Below are positions 9,648 to 20,434 of a stretch of 64,000 nt of DNA, piece after piece. The notes beneath the pieces were generated by a model. That model saw nothing but the letters and a program-made list of their open reading frames with translations, was not told the origin of the DNA and did not search any database. The stretch's first letter is position 1, and every line of letters starts with the position of its first letter. Origin of the DNA: an uncultured delta proteobacterium (GTDB lineage: Bacteria; Myxococcota_A; UBA9160; SZUA-336); assembly GCA_963704165.1 (NCBI GenBank), contig CAVPHD010000004.1, positions 352,001 to 416,000 of the forward strand, read 5' to 3'. Made by a program: the position numbers and the translations under genes.

Positions 9648-10817
9648 GTCTCTCGCGCGCGATCGCGCTCGCGGGCGTCTACGAGCACCCGACGCGCTGG
9701 GCGCCGGACAAGACCGAGTTCCAGATCATGGCCGAGTGCGCGCGCGGCGCGCTCGAGGACTGCGGCCTGTCGCTCGCGCGACGTCGACGGCCTCTTCGCC
9801 GCGAGCATGTCGATGGGCGCCGATGGGCGTCGTCGACGCTGGCCGAGTACCTGAACCTGAAGCCGCGCTACCTCGACGGCACGAACATCGGCGGCTCGTC
9901 GTTCGTCGCCCACGTCAGCCACGCGGCGGCCGCCATCCACGCCGGGACTGTGCGAGGTCGCGCTCGATCCTGTACGGCAGCACGGCGGCCTCGAACGCCA
10001 TGGCCATCGGCACCGGCATGGGCATCGGGCCGCGACCCGGGCGGCGTCCTTCGTCGCGCCCGTACGGCACTGACGACGGTCGGCAGCTACGCGCTCGTCG
10101 CGCAGCCGCCACATGCAGCGCTACGGCACGACCTCCGAGCAGCTCGCCGAGATCGCCGTCACCATGCGGCGTCACGCGGGGCTGAACCCGAACGCCAAGA
10201 TGCGCAAGCCGATCACCGTCGACGACGTGCTCGCCAGCCGGATGATCTCGCGCCCGCTGCACCTGCTCGACTGCTGCATCATCAGCGACGGCGGCGGCGC
10301 GCTGGTGGTGACGAGCGCCGAGCGCGCACGCGATCTGCGCCAAGCGCGCCGGTGCTCCTGCTCGGCTGCGGCGAGGCGGTCTGCCACCAGGAGATCGGCG
10401 CGCCCGACCTGCTGACGATCGCCGCGAAGCAGTCCGGCGAGCAGGCCTTCGGCATGGCGGGCGTCACGCGCGACGACATCGATCTGTGCATGATCTACGA
10501 CTCGTTCACGATCACCGTGCTCGCGACGCTCGAGAACCTCGGCTTCTGCAAGCCGGGCGAGGGCGGCGACTTCGTCGTCGGGCGGGCGCATCGGCCTCGG
10601 CGGCGCGCTGCCGGTGAACCCCGACGGCGGCGGGCTCTCCTCGAACCATCCCGGCATGCGCGGCATCTTCCTGGTGATCGAGGCCGTGCAAGCAGCTCCG
10701 CGGCGAGTGCGGCGAGCGGCAGGTCGCGGACGCGCGGATCGCGCTCGCCCACGGCACCGGCGGCACGCTCGGCGTCGCAGCACAGCGGCGCGACGCTGAT
10801 CCTGGCGAGGGACGTGA
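9644..10817 (+). CDS. Thiolase-fold protein (SCP2/Ltp2-like, no catalytic Cys), multiple apparent frameshifts
   Basis: Pieces across frames: AGVYEHP, DGTNIGGSSF, RHAGLNPNA, PLHLLDCCIISDGGGA, MIYDSFTITV, NPDGGGLSSNHPGMRG. End is approximate. Confidence 0.85.
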
Positions 10818-11240
10818 TGGCGCGCGAGATCGAGCACCCCGAGCGCCGTGCGCGCGACTGGGAGACCCGCGGCTACTGGGAGGGCGCCGGGCGCGGCGAG
10901 CTCGTGCTGCAGCGCTGCCGCGCCTGCGGCACCGTGCAGCACCGGCCGCGCGCGCTCTGCGTCACGCTGCCTCGCCGGCGACGATCGAGCACTTCGTGGC
11001 GAGCGGCCGCGGCACGGTGCTACACCTTCACGGTGACCGCACCAGAACCAGGTCCCCGCGTTCCGCGACGCCACGCCCGTACGTCCTCGCCTACGTCGAG
11101 CTCGAGGAGGGGCCGCGCCTGCTGACCAACGTCGTCGGCTGCGACGCCCGACGCGGTGCGCGATCGGCATGCCGGTCGCGGTCGACTTCCGCGCCGACGC
11201 AGACGGCGAGCTCGCGGTGCCCGTGTTCCGGCCGGCATGA
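10817..11240 (+). CDS. Zn-ribbon/OB-fold (DUF35) acyl-CoA-associated protein, frameshifted
   Basis: YWEGAGRGELVLQRCRACGTVQHRPRALC, PYVLAYVELEEGPRLLTNVVGC, VPVFRPA*. Confidence 0.85.
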
Positions 11241-11866
11241 TCCTCGACCTGCACAACCACTCGATCTGTCCGACGACGGCCGCGCCAAGGTCGAGAACTA
11301 CTGCCAGTGGATCCGCAAGCGCGAGATCCCGCTCGACGGCTTCGTGCTGACCGAGCACCGCCAGTTCGACGCCGAGTCGGACTACCGGCCGCTCGAGGAC
11401 GAGTACGGCCTGCTGATCCTGAAGGCCAGCGAGGTCGAGACGGACTACGGCCACGTGCTCGTCTTCGGCGTGAACGACGACCTGCGCGCGGCCTTCGACT
11501 TCGCGCGCATCGACCTCCCGCTCGACGTGGTGCTGCGCGAGACGGAGCGCTGCGGCGGCGTCGCCGTGCCCTGCCACCCGGGCCGGCCGCAGCGTCGGGC
11601 TCTTCGCCCACTACGAGACGAGCGGCCCGGTCGAGGGCGTGCGGGTCGTCGAGACGCTCAACGGCGGCAGCCGGGCGCGGCGAGGACGAGGCCGCTCTCG
11701 CGCTGGCCGAGCAGCCACGGCTACCGGGGCATCGGCGGCAGCGACGCGCACATCGTGAGCCAGATCGGCCGCTGCGTGACGCGCTTTCCGCGCGCGATCC
11801 GCGACGGCGAGGCGCTGGTCGCGGCGCTTCGCGCGGGAGAATTCGAGGCGACTTTCATGGAAGTAG
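11237..11866 (+). CDS. PHP-domain (polymerase/histidinol phosphatase-like) metallohydrolase, frameshifted
   Basis: MILDLHNHS, LTEH, EVETDYGHVLVFG, CHPGRP, ETLNGG, GGSDAH. ATG overlaps the DUF35 stop (ATGA). End is approximate. Confidence 0.8.
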
Positions 11867-12314
11867 ACGTCGAGAAGCTGAAGCGGGACTGGACGGGATT
11901 CGACGTTCGACACGCGCCGAGTTCGAGGTTCAGACCTCGGACCTGGTCGCGTTCGCCCGCGCCTGCGGCGAGATCGACGCGCGCTACACCGATCCGGCGC
12001 ACCCCGACTTCCAGGCGGTGCCGAACTTCACGTCGCGCTACGTCGGGCGCCGCGTCCTGCCGGACAGCTTCCCCCGGCTCGGCGAGTGGCTACGGCTTCG
12101 ACGCGGGCAAGTGCGTGATCCCGCTCGCGCCGATCCGCGCCGGGCGACAAGGTCGTCGCGGCGCGGAGCCAGATCTACGACATCTACACGAAGACGGGTC
12201 GCTCCGGGACGATGCTCTTCATCGTCCACCGGATGGAGTTCTCGCAACCAGCGCGGCGAGCCCGTCTCGATCGTCGACTGGCGCATGGTCCAGCAGGAGC
12301 GGGGTGCGCGATGA
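11857..12314 (+). CDS. MaoC-family dehydratase N-terminal (hotdog) subunit, frameshifted
   Basis: LVAFARACGE, FQAVPNFTSR, GFDAGKCV, DIYTKTGRSGTMLFIVHRMEF, NQRGEPVSIVDWRMV. Confidence 0.75.
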
Positions 12315-12718
12315 GCCTCGGCTACGACGACGTGGACTTCGGTGCGGAGCTTCCGCCGGCGGCTCCGGACGTGACGCTCGCGACCGTGCGTCGCTTCACC
12401 GCGGCGGCGGGCATGACCTTCGCCCGCTTCAACGATCACGACGAGGCGCGCAAGGAGGGACTCCCCGGCGCGATCGTGCCGGGGATCATGAGCCAGGGCA
12501 TTCTCGTCGCGCTGATCCATCGCTGGGCGCCGCAGGCCGTGGTGCGAAAGATCGACACGATCTTTCGCGCGCCGATCCAGGTCGACTCGCATCCGGTCGC
12601 GCGCGGCGTCGTCACCGACAAGAACGACGAGACGCGCACGCTCGAGATCGACCTCACGATCCAGAACGAGGCCAAGGAGACGCGCGTCGTCGGCACGGCG
12701 ACGGTCGAGCTCCCCTGA
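12311..12718 (+). CDS. MaoC-family dehydratase subunit
   Basis: ATG 12311. ARKEGLPGAIVPGIMSQG, FRAPI, VVGTATVELP. Confidence 0.8.
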   Translation: MSLGYDDVDFGAELPPAAPDVTLATVRRFTAAAGMTFARFNDHDEARKEGLPGAIVPGIMSQGILVALIHRWAPQAVVRKIDTIFRAPIQVDSHPVARGVVTDKNDETRTLEIDLTIQNEAKETRVVGTATVELP

Positions 12719-12788
12719 GCGGATCTGTCGTCGGTGGCGTCCATGTCACGTGTCGACACACGTGTGCATCGGGTGGCTGAGCGCGCTC

Positions 12789-12816
12789 TCAACCGCACCC
12801 GCTCCGTCGCCGAGAA
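12789..12816 (+). promoter_or_regulatory. sigma-28-like promoter TCAA-N16-GCCGAGAA
   Basis: Direct reading. Ends 6 nt before the GTG of the PilZ gene. Confidence 0.5.
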
Positions 12817-12822
12817 AGACAC

Positions 12823-13452
12823 GTGGTCGAAATCCCGAACCCGCGTGTGATCCTCTCGCTCGCCCCGCCCCAGAGTTACGTTCCGCTTGCGCGCCTCAAG
12901 CTCTCGCAGGCGGGCTATTCCGTGATCTCCGAGGATCGCTGGGAGGCTCACTACCGCAACGTCGGGCGCTCGCCCGATCTCGTGATCGTCGACGCCGAGC
13001 GCGTGAGCGAGCTCTCCGGACTGCCGGGAATCCTGCTCTACTCGCGCGGACAGAACGTGCCCTGGGCCGCGAGCGCGGTGGGCTCGATCGAACGTCCCGC
13101 CGGCTTCCACGACCTGTACCGGCTCGTTCAAACCGCGCTCGAGCCGAACCCGCGCGCGACACCGCGTGTACCGACGAGCATTCCCGCGCGCGTCCGTTCC
13201 GCCGCCGGCGGCGAGGACGCACAGGTCGTATCGCTCTCGCGGGGAGGTTGTCTGTTGCGCCGCGAGAACCCGCCGGAGCCGGGTGAGGAGGTTCTCATCG
13301 AGTTCGAACTTCCGCGCGTCGGCACGCTCGAGATCATCGGCCGGTCCGTCTACCGGCGCGTCTGCGAAGCCGGGTTCGTCTTCCGAAATCTCTCGACACC
13401 CGCAAGCCGCGGGATCCAGAGCTTCGTCGAGGAGCGCATGCTCGCGGTGTGA
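12823..13452 (+). CDS. PilZ-domain protein with degenerate receiver-like N-terminus
   Basis: [10 protein letters not shown], then PRATPRVP (RxxxR), SLSRGGCLL and EAGFVFRNL. Confidence 0.75.
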   Translation: MVEIPNPRVILSLAPPQSYVPLARLKLSQAGYSVISEDRWEAHYRNVGRSPDLVIVDAERVSELSGLPGILLYSRGQNVPWAASAVGSIERPAGFHDLYRLVQTALEPNPRATPRVPTSIPARVRSAAGGEDAQVVSLSRGGCLLRRENPPEPGEEVLIEFELPRVGTLEIIGRSVYRRVCEAGFVFRNLSTPASRGIQSFVEERMLAV

Positions 13453-13475
13453 TTCGCGACCGCGGCCCCCGCTCT

Positions 13476-14612
13476 TCAGCCGATCGCCTTCGCCTCGCGC
13501 AGCCTCGCGATCTCGTCCGCACCGAAGCCCCAGTCGCGCAGCGCCTCGTCGGTGTGTTCACCGACGCGCGCCGGTGCCCGCTGGATACCGGAGTCCGTTC
13601 GGCTGAAGCGCGGTGACGGCCGCGGCTGCTCGACGCCCGCCAGCTCGACGAACGTTCCGCGCGCGACGTTGTGGGGGTGGCGTCGTGCCTCCGCGATCGA
13701 GAGCACGGGAGCGAAGCAGACGTCGCTGCCCTCCAGGATCGCGCACCACTCCGCGCGCGTCTCTCGTCAGGAAGACCTCGCGCAATCGCTCCTTCAGCGC
13801 GGGCCAGCGGGTGCGATCCATCTGCGGGCGCGAACTCGTCGGCGGAAAGACCCATGCGCACGAGAAGCTCGGCGTAGAACTGGGGCTCGATCGAGCCGAT
13901 CGAGACGAAGCGGCCGTCGGAGGTCTCGTACACGTCGTAGAAGTGCGCACCGGTGTCGAGCATGTTGGTGCCGCGTTCCTCGCTCCACCAGCCCGACTGC
14001 TGCGCCGAGTGGAAGATCGTCATCAGCGTGGCGGCACCGTCGACCATGGCGGCGTCGACGACCTGCCCCTTGCCCGACCGCACGCGCTCGAGCAACGCGC
14101 AGACCATGCCGAACGCGAGCAGCAGACCGCCGCCACCGAAATCGCCCACGAGATTCAGCGGCGGCGTCGGCGGCTGGCCGCGCCGGCCGATCGGATCGAG
14201 CGCGCCCGCGAGCGCGATGTAGTTGATGTCGTGACCGGCGGCCTGCGCGAGCGGCCCCGTCTGCCCGAAGCCGGTCATGCGGCCGTAGACGAGCCGCGGG
14301 TTCCGATCGAGGCAGACGTCCGGGCCCGAGGCCGAGGCGCTCCATCACGCCGGGGCGGAAGCCCTCGAGCAGGCCGTCGGCGCGCTCGACCAGGCGCAGC
14401 ACCGTCGCGACTCCCTCGGGGCTCTTCAGGTCGACGGCGATGCAGCGCCGGCTCGCGAGAAGCAGATCGCCCGACGCGTCGCCCGGAGCCATGCGCGCGA
14501 GCCGCTCGACTCGCAGCACCTCGGCGCCCATGTCGGCGAGCATCATCGCGCAGAACGGACCCGGGCCGATGCCCGCGATCTCGACGATGCGCATTCCCTC
14601 GAGCGGTCCCAT
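13476..14612 (-). CDS. CaiB/BaiF CoA-transferase family (alpha-methylacyl-CoA racemase-like), about three frameshifts
   Basis: [60 protein letters not shown]. Confidence 0.9.
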
Positions 14613-14869
14613 TCGCCGCGAGCATACGAGCCGTCTCCGTCCGATGGCAAACGAAGCTGCGACGTCGGTCGAGGTCGGATGCGACTCACTGCATCGCCGA
14701 CGTTCGAGAACACCGCCACTCCGCGAAGGAAGAACGCGTTTCCAGAGCCGCCGGGTGTCTCACTCGAATACGTCCGCGGCGGTCTTCGCATCGGGCGAGA
14801 AGGGCCGTCTCTGGGCCGTCCGGGGCTCATGCGTGCGCAACTTCGCCCGGGCTGGGAAGCGACGATCCA

Positions 14870-14896
14870 TCAGCCCGGACGGTCGTCCGCCGATAC
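14870..14896 (+). promoter_or_regulatory. sigma-28-like promoter TCAG-N15-GCCGATAC
   Basis: Direct reading, just upstream of the histidine kinase start. Close to the FliA consensus TAAA-N15-GCCGATAA. Confidence 0.55.
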
Positions 14897-14933
14897 AGCA
14901 TAGAGCGCGTTGATATCGCGCCAAAGACCTGCG

Positions 14934-16740
14934 ATGACCCGTCTCTGGCACAGCTTCGTCACGCCGATTCGCGACGAGGATCTTCCGGATCTGTGGAAGC
15001 TTCTGACTCGCGGAGGTCGGCTGATCTGCGCCATTTCGGCGTTCGCGCTGGTGCCGTTCACGCTCGTGTGCGCGCTCGCCGGGAACATCGACGCGGGCCG
15101 CGCGGCGGTCTTCTACGCCGTCACCCTGGGCATCGCCGTGGGCTGTTGTGCCGTGGCGAAGACCGGCTGGGGACGGCGTCACTCCTCGGCGCTCTTGTTC
15201 CTTCTCGTCACCGTCGTCAACGCGGCTCTGCTGTTCGCGGGGGTTCCAGACCCTGACGGGCGCGAACCCGTTGAGGACGTTCGGCCTGCTCTCGCCCCTG
15301 CTCATGGCCTGTCTGGCGCCGTGGCGGCCGACGCTCTCGCTTGCACTCGCCGCGGAGCTGGCTGCGATCTACCTGCTGTCTCTGTGGATCGCACCCGATC
15401 CCGCGGGTGGCAGCACCGCGGCGTCTCTCGGAATCGCCGCGCTCGCCGGAGTCGCCGGGGCGGTGACCTGCCAGACTCACCGGACGGTCTGGGCCTCGCT
15501 GCATCGCGCGCAAGCCCAGGCGGACGACGCGTGCAAGGTCGCGCTGGCGGCAGACCGGGCGAAGTCGGAGTTCCTGGCGAACATGAGTCACGAGATCCGA
15601 ACGCCGCTGACGGCGATACTCGGCTTCACCGACGAGTTGATCGACGAGGCCGTCCGCACGGGCCGTCCGACCGGACCCGATCCGGCCCTCCTCACGGTGA
15701 AGCGCAACAGCAAACACCTGCTCGCGGTCGTGAACGACATCCTGGATCTTTCGCGCATCGAGGCCGGGAAGTTCACGCTGGAGAGCGTGGCCTGCTCACC
15801 GGTGCAGATCGTATCCGACGTCGTCGCATTGCTGCGCCCGCGCGCTCTCGAAAAACAGCTTCGCTTCGAAACTCGCTACCGCGGCGCGATCCCCGAACAG
15901 ATCCACTCCGATCCGACGCGCCTGCACCAGATCCTGGTGAATCTGGCCGGGAACGCGATCAAGTTCACCGAGTACGGTGCAATCACCTTGAGGCTCGAGC
16001 TGATCCCGGCGACGGTCGAGAGCGGGCCGCTGCTCGCGATCGACGTCGCGGACACCGGCGTCGGATTGAACGCGGAGGAGCAGAGCCGCATCTTCGAGGC
16101 CTTCGCGCAGGCGGACCAATCCCTCGCGCGCCGCCACGGCGGCACGGGACTCGGCCTGACGATCTCCCGCGCGCTGGCGCGCCTGCTGGGCGGCGACCTG
16201 ACCGTGGAAAGCGCTTCCGGTCTTGGGAGCACGTTCCGCGCCACGATTGCGACGGGCCCGCTCGAAGGCGTGCGCATGCTCGAGCCGACGCACGAGATCT
16301 CGAGCCCGCCCACGAAGCAGCCGATCGTGGAAGTCGAGCGCGAGCCCGAGCCGCTGCGCGGCCGCGTTCTGCTGGCCGAGGACGGAGCCGACAACCGCGT
16401 CCTGATCTCGCTCGTGCTTCGGCGCGCCGGTCTCGAGGTCGAGATCGCGTGCGACGGCCAGATCGCCTACGAGATGGTGGTCGCGGCGCAAGAACGCGGC
16501 GAGCCCTTCGACCTCGTCGTCATGGACATGCAGATGCCGCTGATGACGGGATACGAGGCCACCGCAGCGCTGCGAAGCGAGGGCTTCGAGACCCCGATCC
16601 TCGCACTCACCGCGCAGGCGATGGCTGGCGATCGCGAGCGGTGCCTCGCGTCGGGCTGCGACGAGTATCTGTCCAAGCCGATCGACCGCGGACGTCTCGT
16701 CACGCTCGTGGGCGGGTTGTTGCAGAAGCGGTCCGCCTGA
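14934..16740 (+). CDS. Hybrid sensor histidine kinase/response regulator with multi-TM N-terminus, frameshift near 15240
   Basis: H-box FLANMSHEIRTPL, N-box NLAGNAIKFT, G boxes DTGVG and GGTGLGL, receiver LLAED...MDMQMP...KP. Alternative TTG start at 14910. Confidence 0.92.
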
Positions 16741-16774
16741 AGAGGATCGGGTCTCTCCCCGCGCGCGCTCGCGT

Positions 16775-17548
16775 ATGATGAGCGCGGAGGTGGAGATGCG
16801 GCGGTTCGAGGGCAGGAGCGCAGTGATCACGGGCGCGGCGAGCGGTATCGGCCGTGCGACCGCAGAGCGGATGGCGACCGAGGGCGCGCGGCTCTTCCTG
16901 CTCGACGTCCAGGCGCCGGCGCTCGACGAAACCGCGAAGACCCTCCGCGAGATCGGCGCGGACGTCGAGACCCGGATCTGCGACGTCTCCGATCCCGAGG
17001 CCGCTCGCGCGTCGGTCGAAGCGGCGGTAAAGCGTTTCGGTCGGCTCGACGTGCTCTGCAACATCGCCGGGATCCTCCACTTCGATCACACGCACGAACT
17101 CTCGCTCGACACCTGGCGGCGAATCCTCTCGGTCAATCTCGATGGCACGTTCTTCATGTGCCAGGCTTCGCTTCCACACCTGCTGCAAGCGCGTGGCAAC
17201 ATCGTGAACATGTCCTCCACCGCGGCGCTCGCGGGTCATCCGTGGACGGCTGCGTACTCGGCTTCCAAGGGAGGGGTGCTCGCGCTCACCTACACGCTCG
17301 CGATCGAGTACTGCGCACAGGGCTTGCGCGCCAACGCGGTCTGTCCCGGATCGGTTCAGACGCCGATCCACTCGGTCTTCAAGCTCCCGCCCGGGGCCGA
17401 TCGCAAGCTCCTCTACCGGATCATGCCTCCCGACGGCGCCTTCCGCGGGCCGGAGGCCGCGGCCGCGGCGGTTGCCTTCCTCGCTTCGGACGACGCCTCG
17501 CACATCAACGGCACCGAGATCCGGGTGGATGGCGGCACCTTGTCCTGA
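16775..17548 (+). CDS. SDR family oxidoreductase
   Basis: TGAASGIG, CNIAG, YSASK (YxxxK), VDGG. Confidence 0.92.
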   Translation: MMSAEVEMRRFEGRSAVITGAASGIGRATAERMATEGARLFLLDVQAPALDETAKTLREIGADVETRICDVSDPEAARASVEAAVKRFGRLDVLCNIAGILHFDHTHELSLDTWRRILSVNLDGTFFMCQASLPHLLQARGNIVNMSSTAALAGHPWTAAYSASKGGVLALTYTLAIEYCAQGLRANAVCPGSVQTPIHSVFKLPPGADRKLLYRIMPPDGAFRGPEAAAAAVAFLASDDASHINGTEIRVDGGTLS

Positions 17549-17564
17549 CGTTTCGCGCTTCGGG

Positions 17565-18353
17565 TTAGAGATCGGGGAGCGAGAGCGGGAAGTTCGTGGT
17601 CTCGGTCCCGCCGTCGACCTCGACGATCTTTCCGGTCACCCAGCCGCCGGCATCCGAGGCGAGCCAGAGGGCGGCCGCGGCGATGTCTTCGGGACGGCCC
17701 ACGCGGCGCAGCGGTGTCATCGCCTCCATCTTCTCGCGCATGCCCTCGGCTGCGAGGAACGGCGCGAGCGCGGAGGTCTCGACGGCGCCGACGCTGATCG
17801 CGTTCACGCGCACGCGCGGCGCGAGCTCGTTCGCGAGCAGCCTCGTCAGGTGAGAGAGCGCGGCCTTCGACGTGCCGTACGCGCTGAAGCCGCGGTCGGT
17901 GATTCGTCCGAGGGCCGACGAGATGTTCACGATGGCTCCGCCGGACTTCGCGAGCATGTGGGGCACCGAGAGGCGGGCGAGCAGGAAGGCCGACGTGACG
18001 TTGAACCGGAACGACTCTTCGAAGAGGCGCTCGCTCGTCTGCAGGAACGGCTTCCACGGCGAGCCACCGGCGTTGTTCACCAGCACGTCGATCCGGCCGA
18101 ACTCGGACATCGCGCGCGTGACCAAGGTCTCGAGCTGTGCGCGCTCCATGACGTCGCATCGAATCGCGAGCGCGCGTCGGCCGAGCGCGCGCACGCGCGC
18201 CGCGACGTCGTCGATCTCGCTCTGGGTACGCGCGGCGCAGACGACGTCGGCACCGGCCTCCGCGAAGCCGAGCGCGATTCCCGCGCCGATCCCACGTCCC
18301 GCACCCGTGACGATCGCGGCCTTCCCGTCGAGTCTGAATCGATCGAGGATCAT
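17565..18353 (-). CDS. SDR family oxidoreductase (7-alpha-HSDH-like)
   Basis: ATG 18353 (MILDRFRLDGK). TGAGRGIG, NNAGG, YGTSK. Confidence 0.92.
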   Translation of the reverse strand: MILDRFRLDGKAAIVTGAGRGIGAGIALGFAEAGADVVCAARTQSEIDDVAARVRALGRRALAIRCDVMERAQLETLVTRAMSEFGRIDVLVNNAGGSPWKPFLQTSERLFEESFRFNVTSAFLLARLSVPHMLAKSGGAIVNISSALGRITDRGFSAYGTSKAALSHLTRLLANELAPRVRVNAISVGAVETSALAPFLAAEGMREKMEAMTPLRRVGRPEDIAAAALWLASDAGGWVTGKIVEVDGGTETTNFPLSLPDL

Positions 18354-18434
18354 CCGGCCTCCTGCGGCGGCGCAGCATATCACCCCGGGTGCGCCGGCCC
18401 GCGCGCCCTCGTGAAGTCCGTCTATCATGGGCGG

Positions 18435-19106
18435 GTGAAGAGCGATTCCACGCCCGCCGCGCCCGCCGCGACCGTCGTCCTGCTTCGCGACGTGGCCGGC
18501 TCGCTCGAGGTGCTGCTGCTGCGGCGCAACTCGCAGCTCGCCTTTCACGGCGGCGCCTGGGTCTTTCCCGGCGGGCGGATCGATGCGGCGGATTCGGGCG
18601 CGGGTGGTGAGCTCGGCGCCGCGCGCCGCGCCGCGACTCGGGAAGCGCGCGAGGAGGCGGGGCTCGAGCTCGAGCCCGAGGCGCTGGTGCAGGTCTCGCA
18701 CTGGACGACGCCGGAGGGTCTGCCGAAGCGATTCGCGACCTGGTTCTTCATCGGATCGGCCGCTGCGACACCGGTCCGTGTCGATGGGGGCGAGATCCAC
18801 GCTCACGCCTGGCTCACCCCGGAAGCCGCGATCGCGGCGCAGCGCGCGCGAGAGATCGAGCTCCCGCCGCCGACCTTCGTGACGCTGACGACGCTCCTGG
18901 GAAAGCGAAGCGCCGACGAGGCGATCGCCTCGGCGCGGGCCGCGGCTCCGCTCGTGTATCTGCCGCGGCTCGTTCGCATCGAGGGCGGCGCGTGCTCGCT
19001 CTATCCCGCGGATGCCGGCTGGGAGGAGCGCGATCCGGCGCGCGATGGTCCGCGCCATCGCCTGCTGATGCTCGACTCCGGCTGGCGCTACCTGCGCGAG
19101 GGCTAG
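18435..19106 (+). CDS. NUDIX hydrolase (NUDT19-like)
   Basis: AATVVLLRD, WVFPGGRID, AATREAREEAGL, HWTTP...KRFATWFF. Confidence 0.88.
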   Translation: MKSDSTPAAPAATVVLLRDVAGSLEVLLLRRNSQLAFHGGAWVFPGGRIDAADSGAGGELGAARRAATREAREEAGLELEPEALVQVSHWTTPEGLPKRFATWFFIGSAAATPVRVDGGEIHAHAWLTPEAAIAAQRAREIELPPPTFVTLTTLLGKRSADEAIASARAAAPLVYLPRLVRIEGGACSLYPADAGWEERDPARDGPRHRLLMLDSGWRYLREG

Positions 19107-20434
19107 CGAACGCGCGCGAGGGCGCTCTCGAGCGCCTGCTCGAAGCGCGAGGCGAGCAGCTCGATCTCGACCTCCGAGATCGTGAATGGCGGGCCGAACG
19201 TGATCACGTCGCGCGCGGGATCGACACCGCCGGGATACACGAACACGCCGTGCGCGATCCCCGAAGCGACGACCTTCGCGGTGAGTCCCGACTCGGTGGG
19301 GAAGGGCGCCTTCGAGCGCTTGTCGGCCACGAGCTCGATCGCCCAGAGCAGACCGCGCCCTCGCACGTCGCCGACGTTGGGGTGATCGAGCAATCGCGTG
19401 AGGCGCTTGCCGAGCTTCTCGCCCATCGATGCCGCGCGTTCGACGAGCTGCTCTCGCTCGAGGATGTCGAGCACCTGCTCCGCCGCCGCGCAGCTCGCGG
19501 GATGAGCCGAGTAGGTGAAGAACATGATCTCCTGGCCGCGCTCGACGATCGGCGCGACGACGGCCTCGGACGCGAAGATCCCACCCATCGGTGCGTAGCC
19601 GCTGGTGAGTCCCTTGCCGCTGATCAGGATGTCGGGTGTCACACCCCAGTGATCGACGGCGAAGCGCTTTCCGGTCCGACCGAAGCCGGTCATCACCTCG
19701 TCGGCGATCAGCAGCACGCCGAACCGTTTGCAGATCTCGGCGAGCTTCGGCCAGTACTCGTCCGGCGGAACCAACGCGCCCGCGGTCGAGCCACCGATCG
19801 GCTCCGCGATCACCGCGGCGACGTTCTCCGGACCTGCGCGCACGATGGCGGCCTCGACCTCGTCGGCACAGGCGACGGCGCAGGCCGGATGGGATTTCTG
19901 GAGCGGGCAGCGATAGCAGAAACAGGCGGGCGCCTTCGGCAGGTCGGCGAGCCACGGCTCGAAGCCCTTGCGCCGCTTGGCGTGACCGCCGACGGCGAGC
20001 GTTGCGAGCGTCGTACCGTGATACGAGAGATCGCGGCCGATCACCTGCCAGCGGGTTGGCTCGCCCTTGGCGACGAAGTGCGCGCGCGCGATTCGCAGCG
20101 CCGCATCGACGGCTTCCGATCCGCCGCTCGTGAAGGCCACGCGCGTGAGTCCGCGTGGCAGCCAGGAGCCGATCAGGCGTTCGACCAGCCGGACGCGGGC
20201 GTCCGTGGCGAAAGGGGGGAGCGCATAGGCCAACCGCTCGGCTTCTCGCGCGTACGCCTGTGCGACTTCGCGCCGACCGTGGCCGACGTTCACCACGATC
20301 GCTCCACCCGAAGCGTCGAGGATCTGCTGACCGTCGTCGGTGTACAGCCAGACGCCCTCGCTGCGCGCGATGCGCAGGGGAGTCGAGCCCGATCGGGCTG
20401 CGAAGGCGAATTTTCGCGCGCGCTCGGCTTCCAT
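19103..20434 (-). CDS. Aminotransferase class III (PLP)
   Basis: SGGSEAVD, SYHGTT, IADEVMTGFGRTG, SGKGLTSGY, VRGRGL. Confidence 0.93.
   Translation of the reverse strand: MEAERARKFAFAARSGSTPLRIARSEGVWLYTDDGQQILDASGGAIVVNVGHGRREVAQAYAREAERLAYALPPFATDARVRLVERLIGSWLPRGLTRVAFTSGGSEAVDAALRIARAHFVAKGEPTRWQVIGRDLSYHGTTLATLAVGGHAKRRKGFEPWLADLPKAPACFCYRCPLQKSHPACAVACADEVEAAIVRAGPENVAAVIAEPIGGSTAGALVPPDEYWPKLAEICKRFGVLLIADEVMTGFGRTGKRFAVDHWGVTPDILISGKGLTSGYAPMGGIFASEAVVAPIVERGQEIMFFTYSAHPASCAAAEQVLDILEREQLVERAASMGEKLGKRLTRLLDHPNVGDVRGRGLLWAIELVADKRSKAPFPTESGLTAKVVASGIAHGVFVYPGGVDPARDVITFGPPFTISEVEIELLASRFEQALESALARVR

Noticed and set aside
10801..10830. Apparent in-frame thiolase-DUF35 fusion (and PHP-MaoC fusion near 11857)
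   Set aside because: Overlapping TGA/ATG and a nearby TAG suggest separate coupled genes, and the region is full of indels. A fusion cannot be supported without reads.
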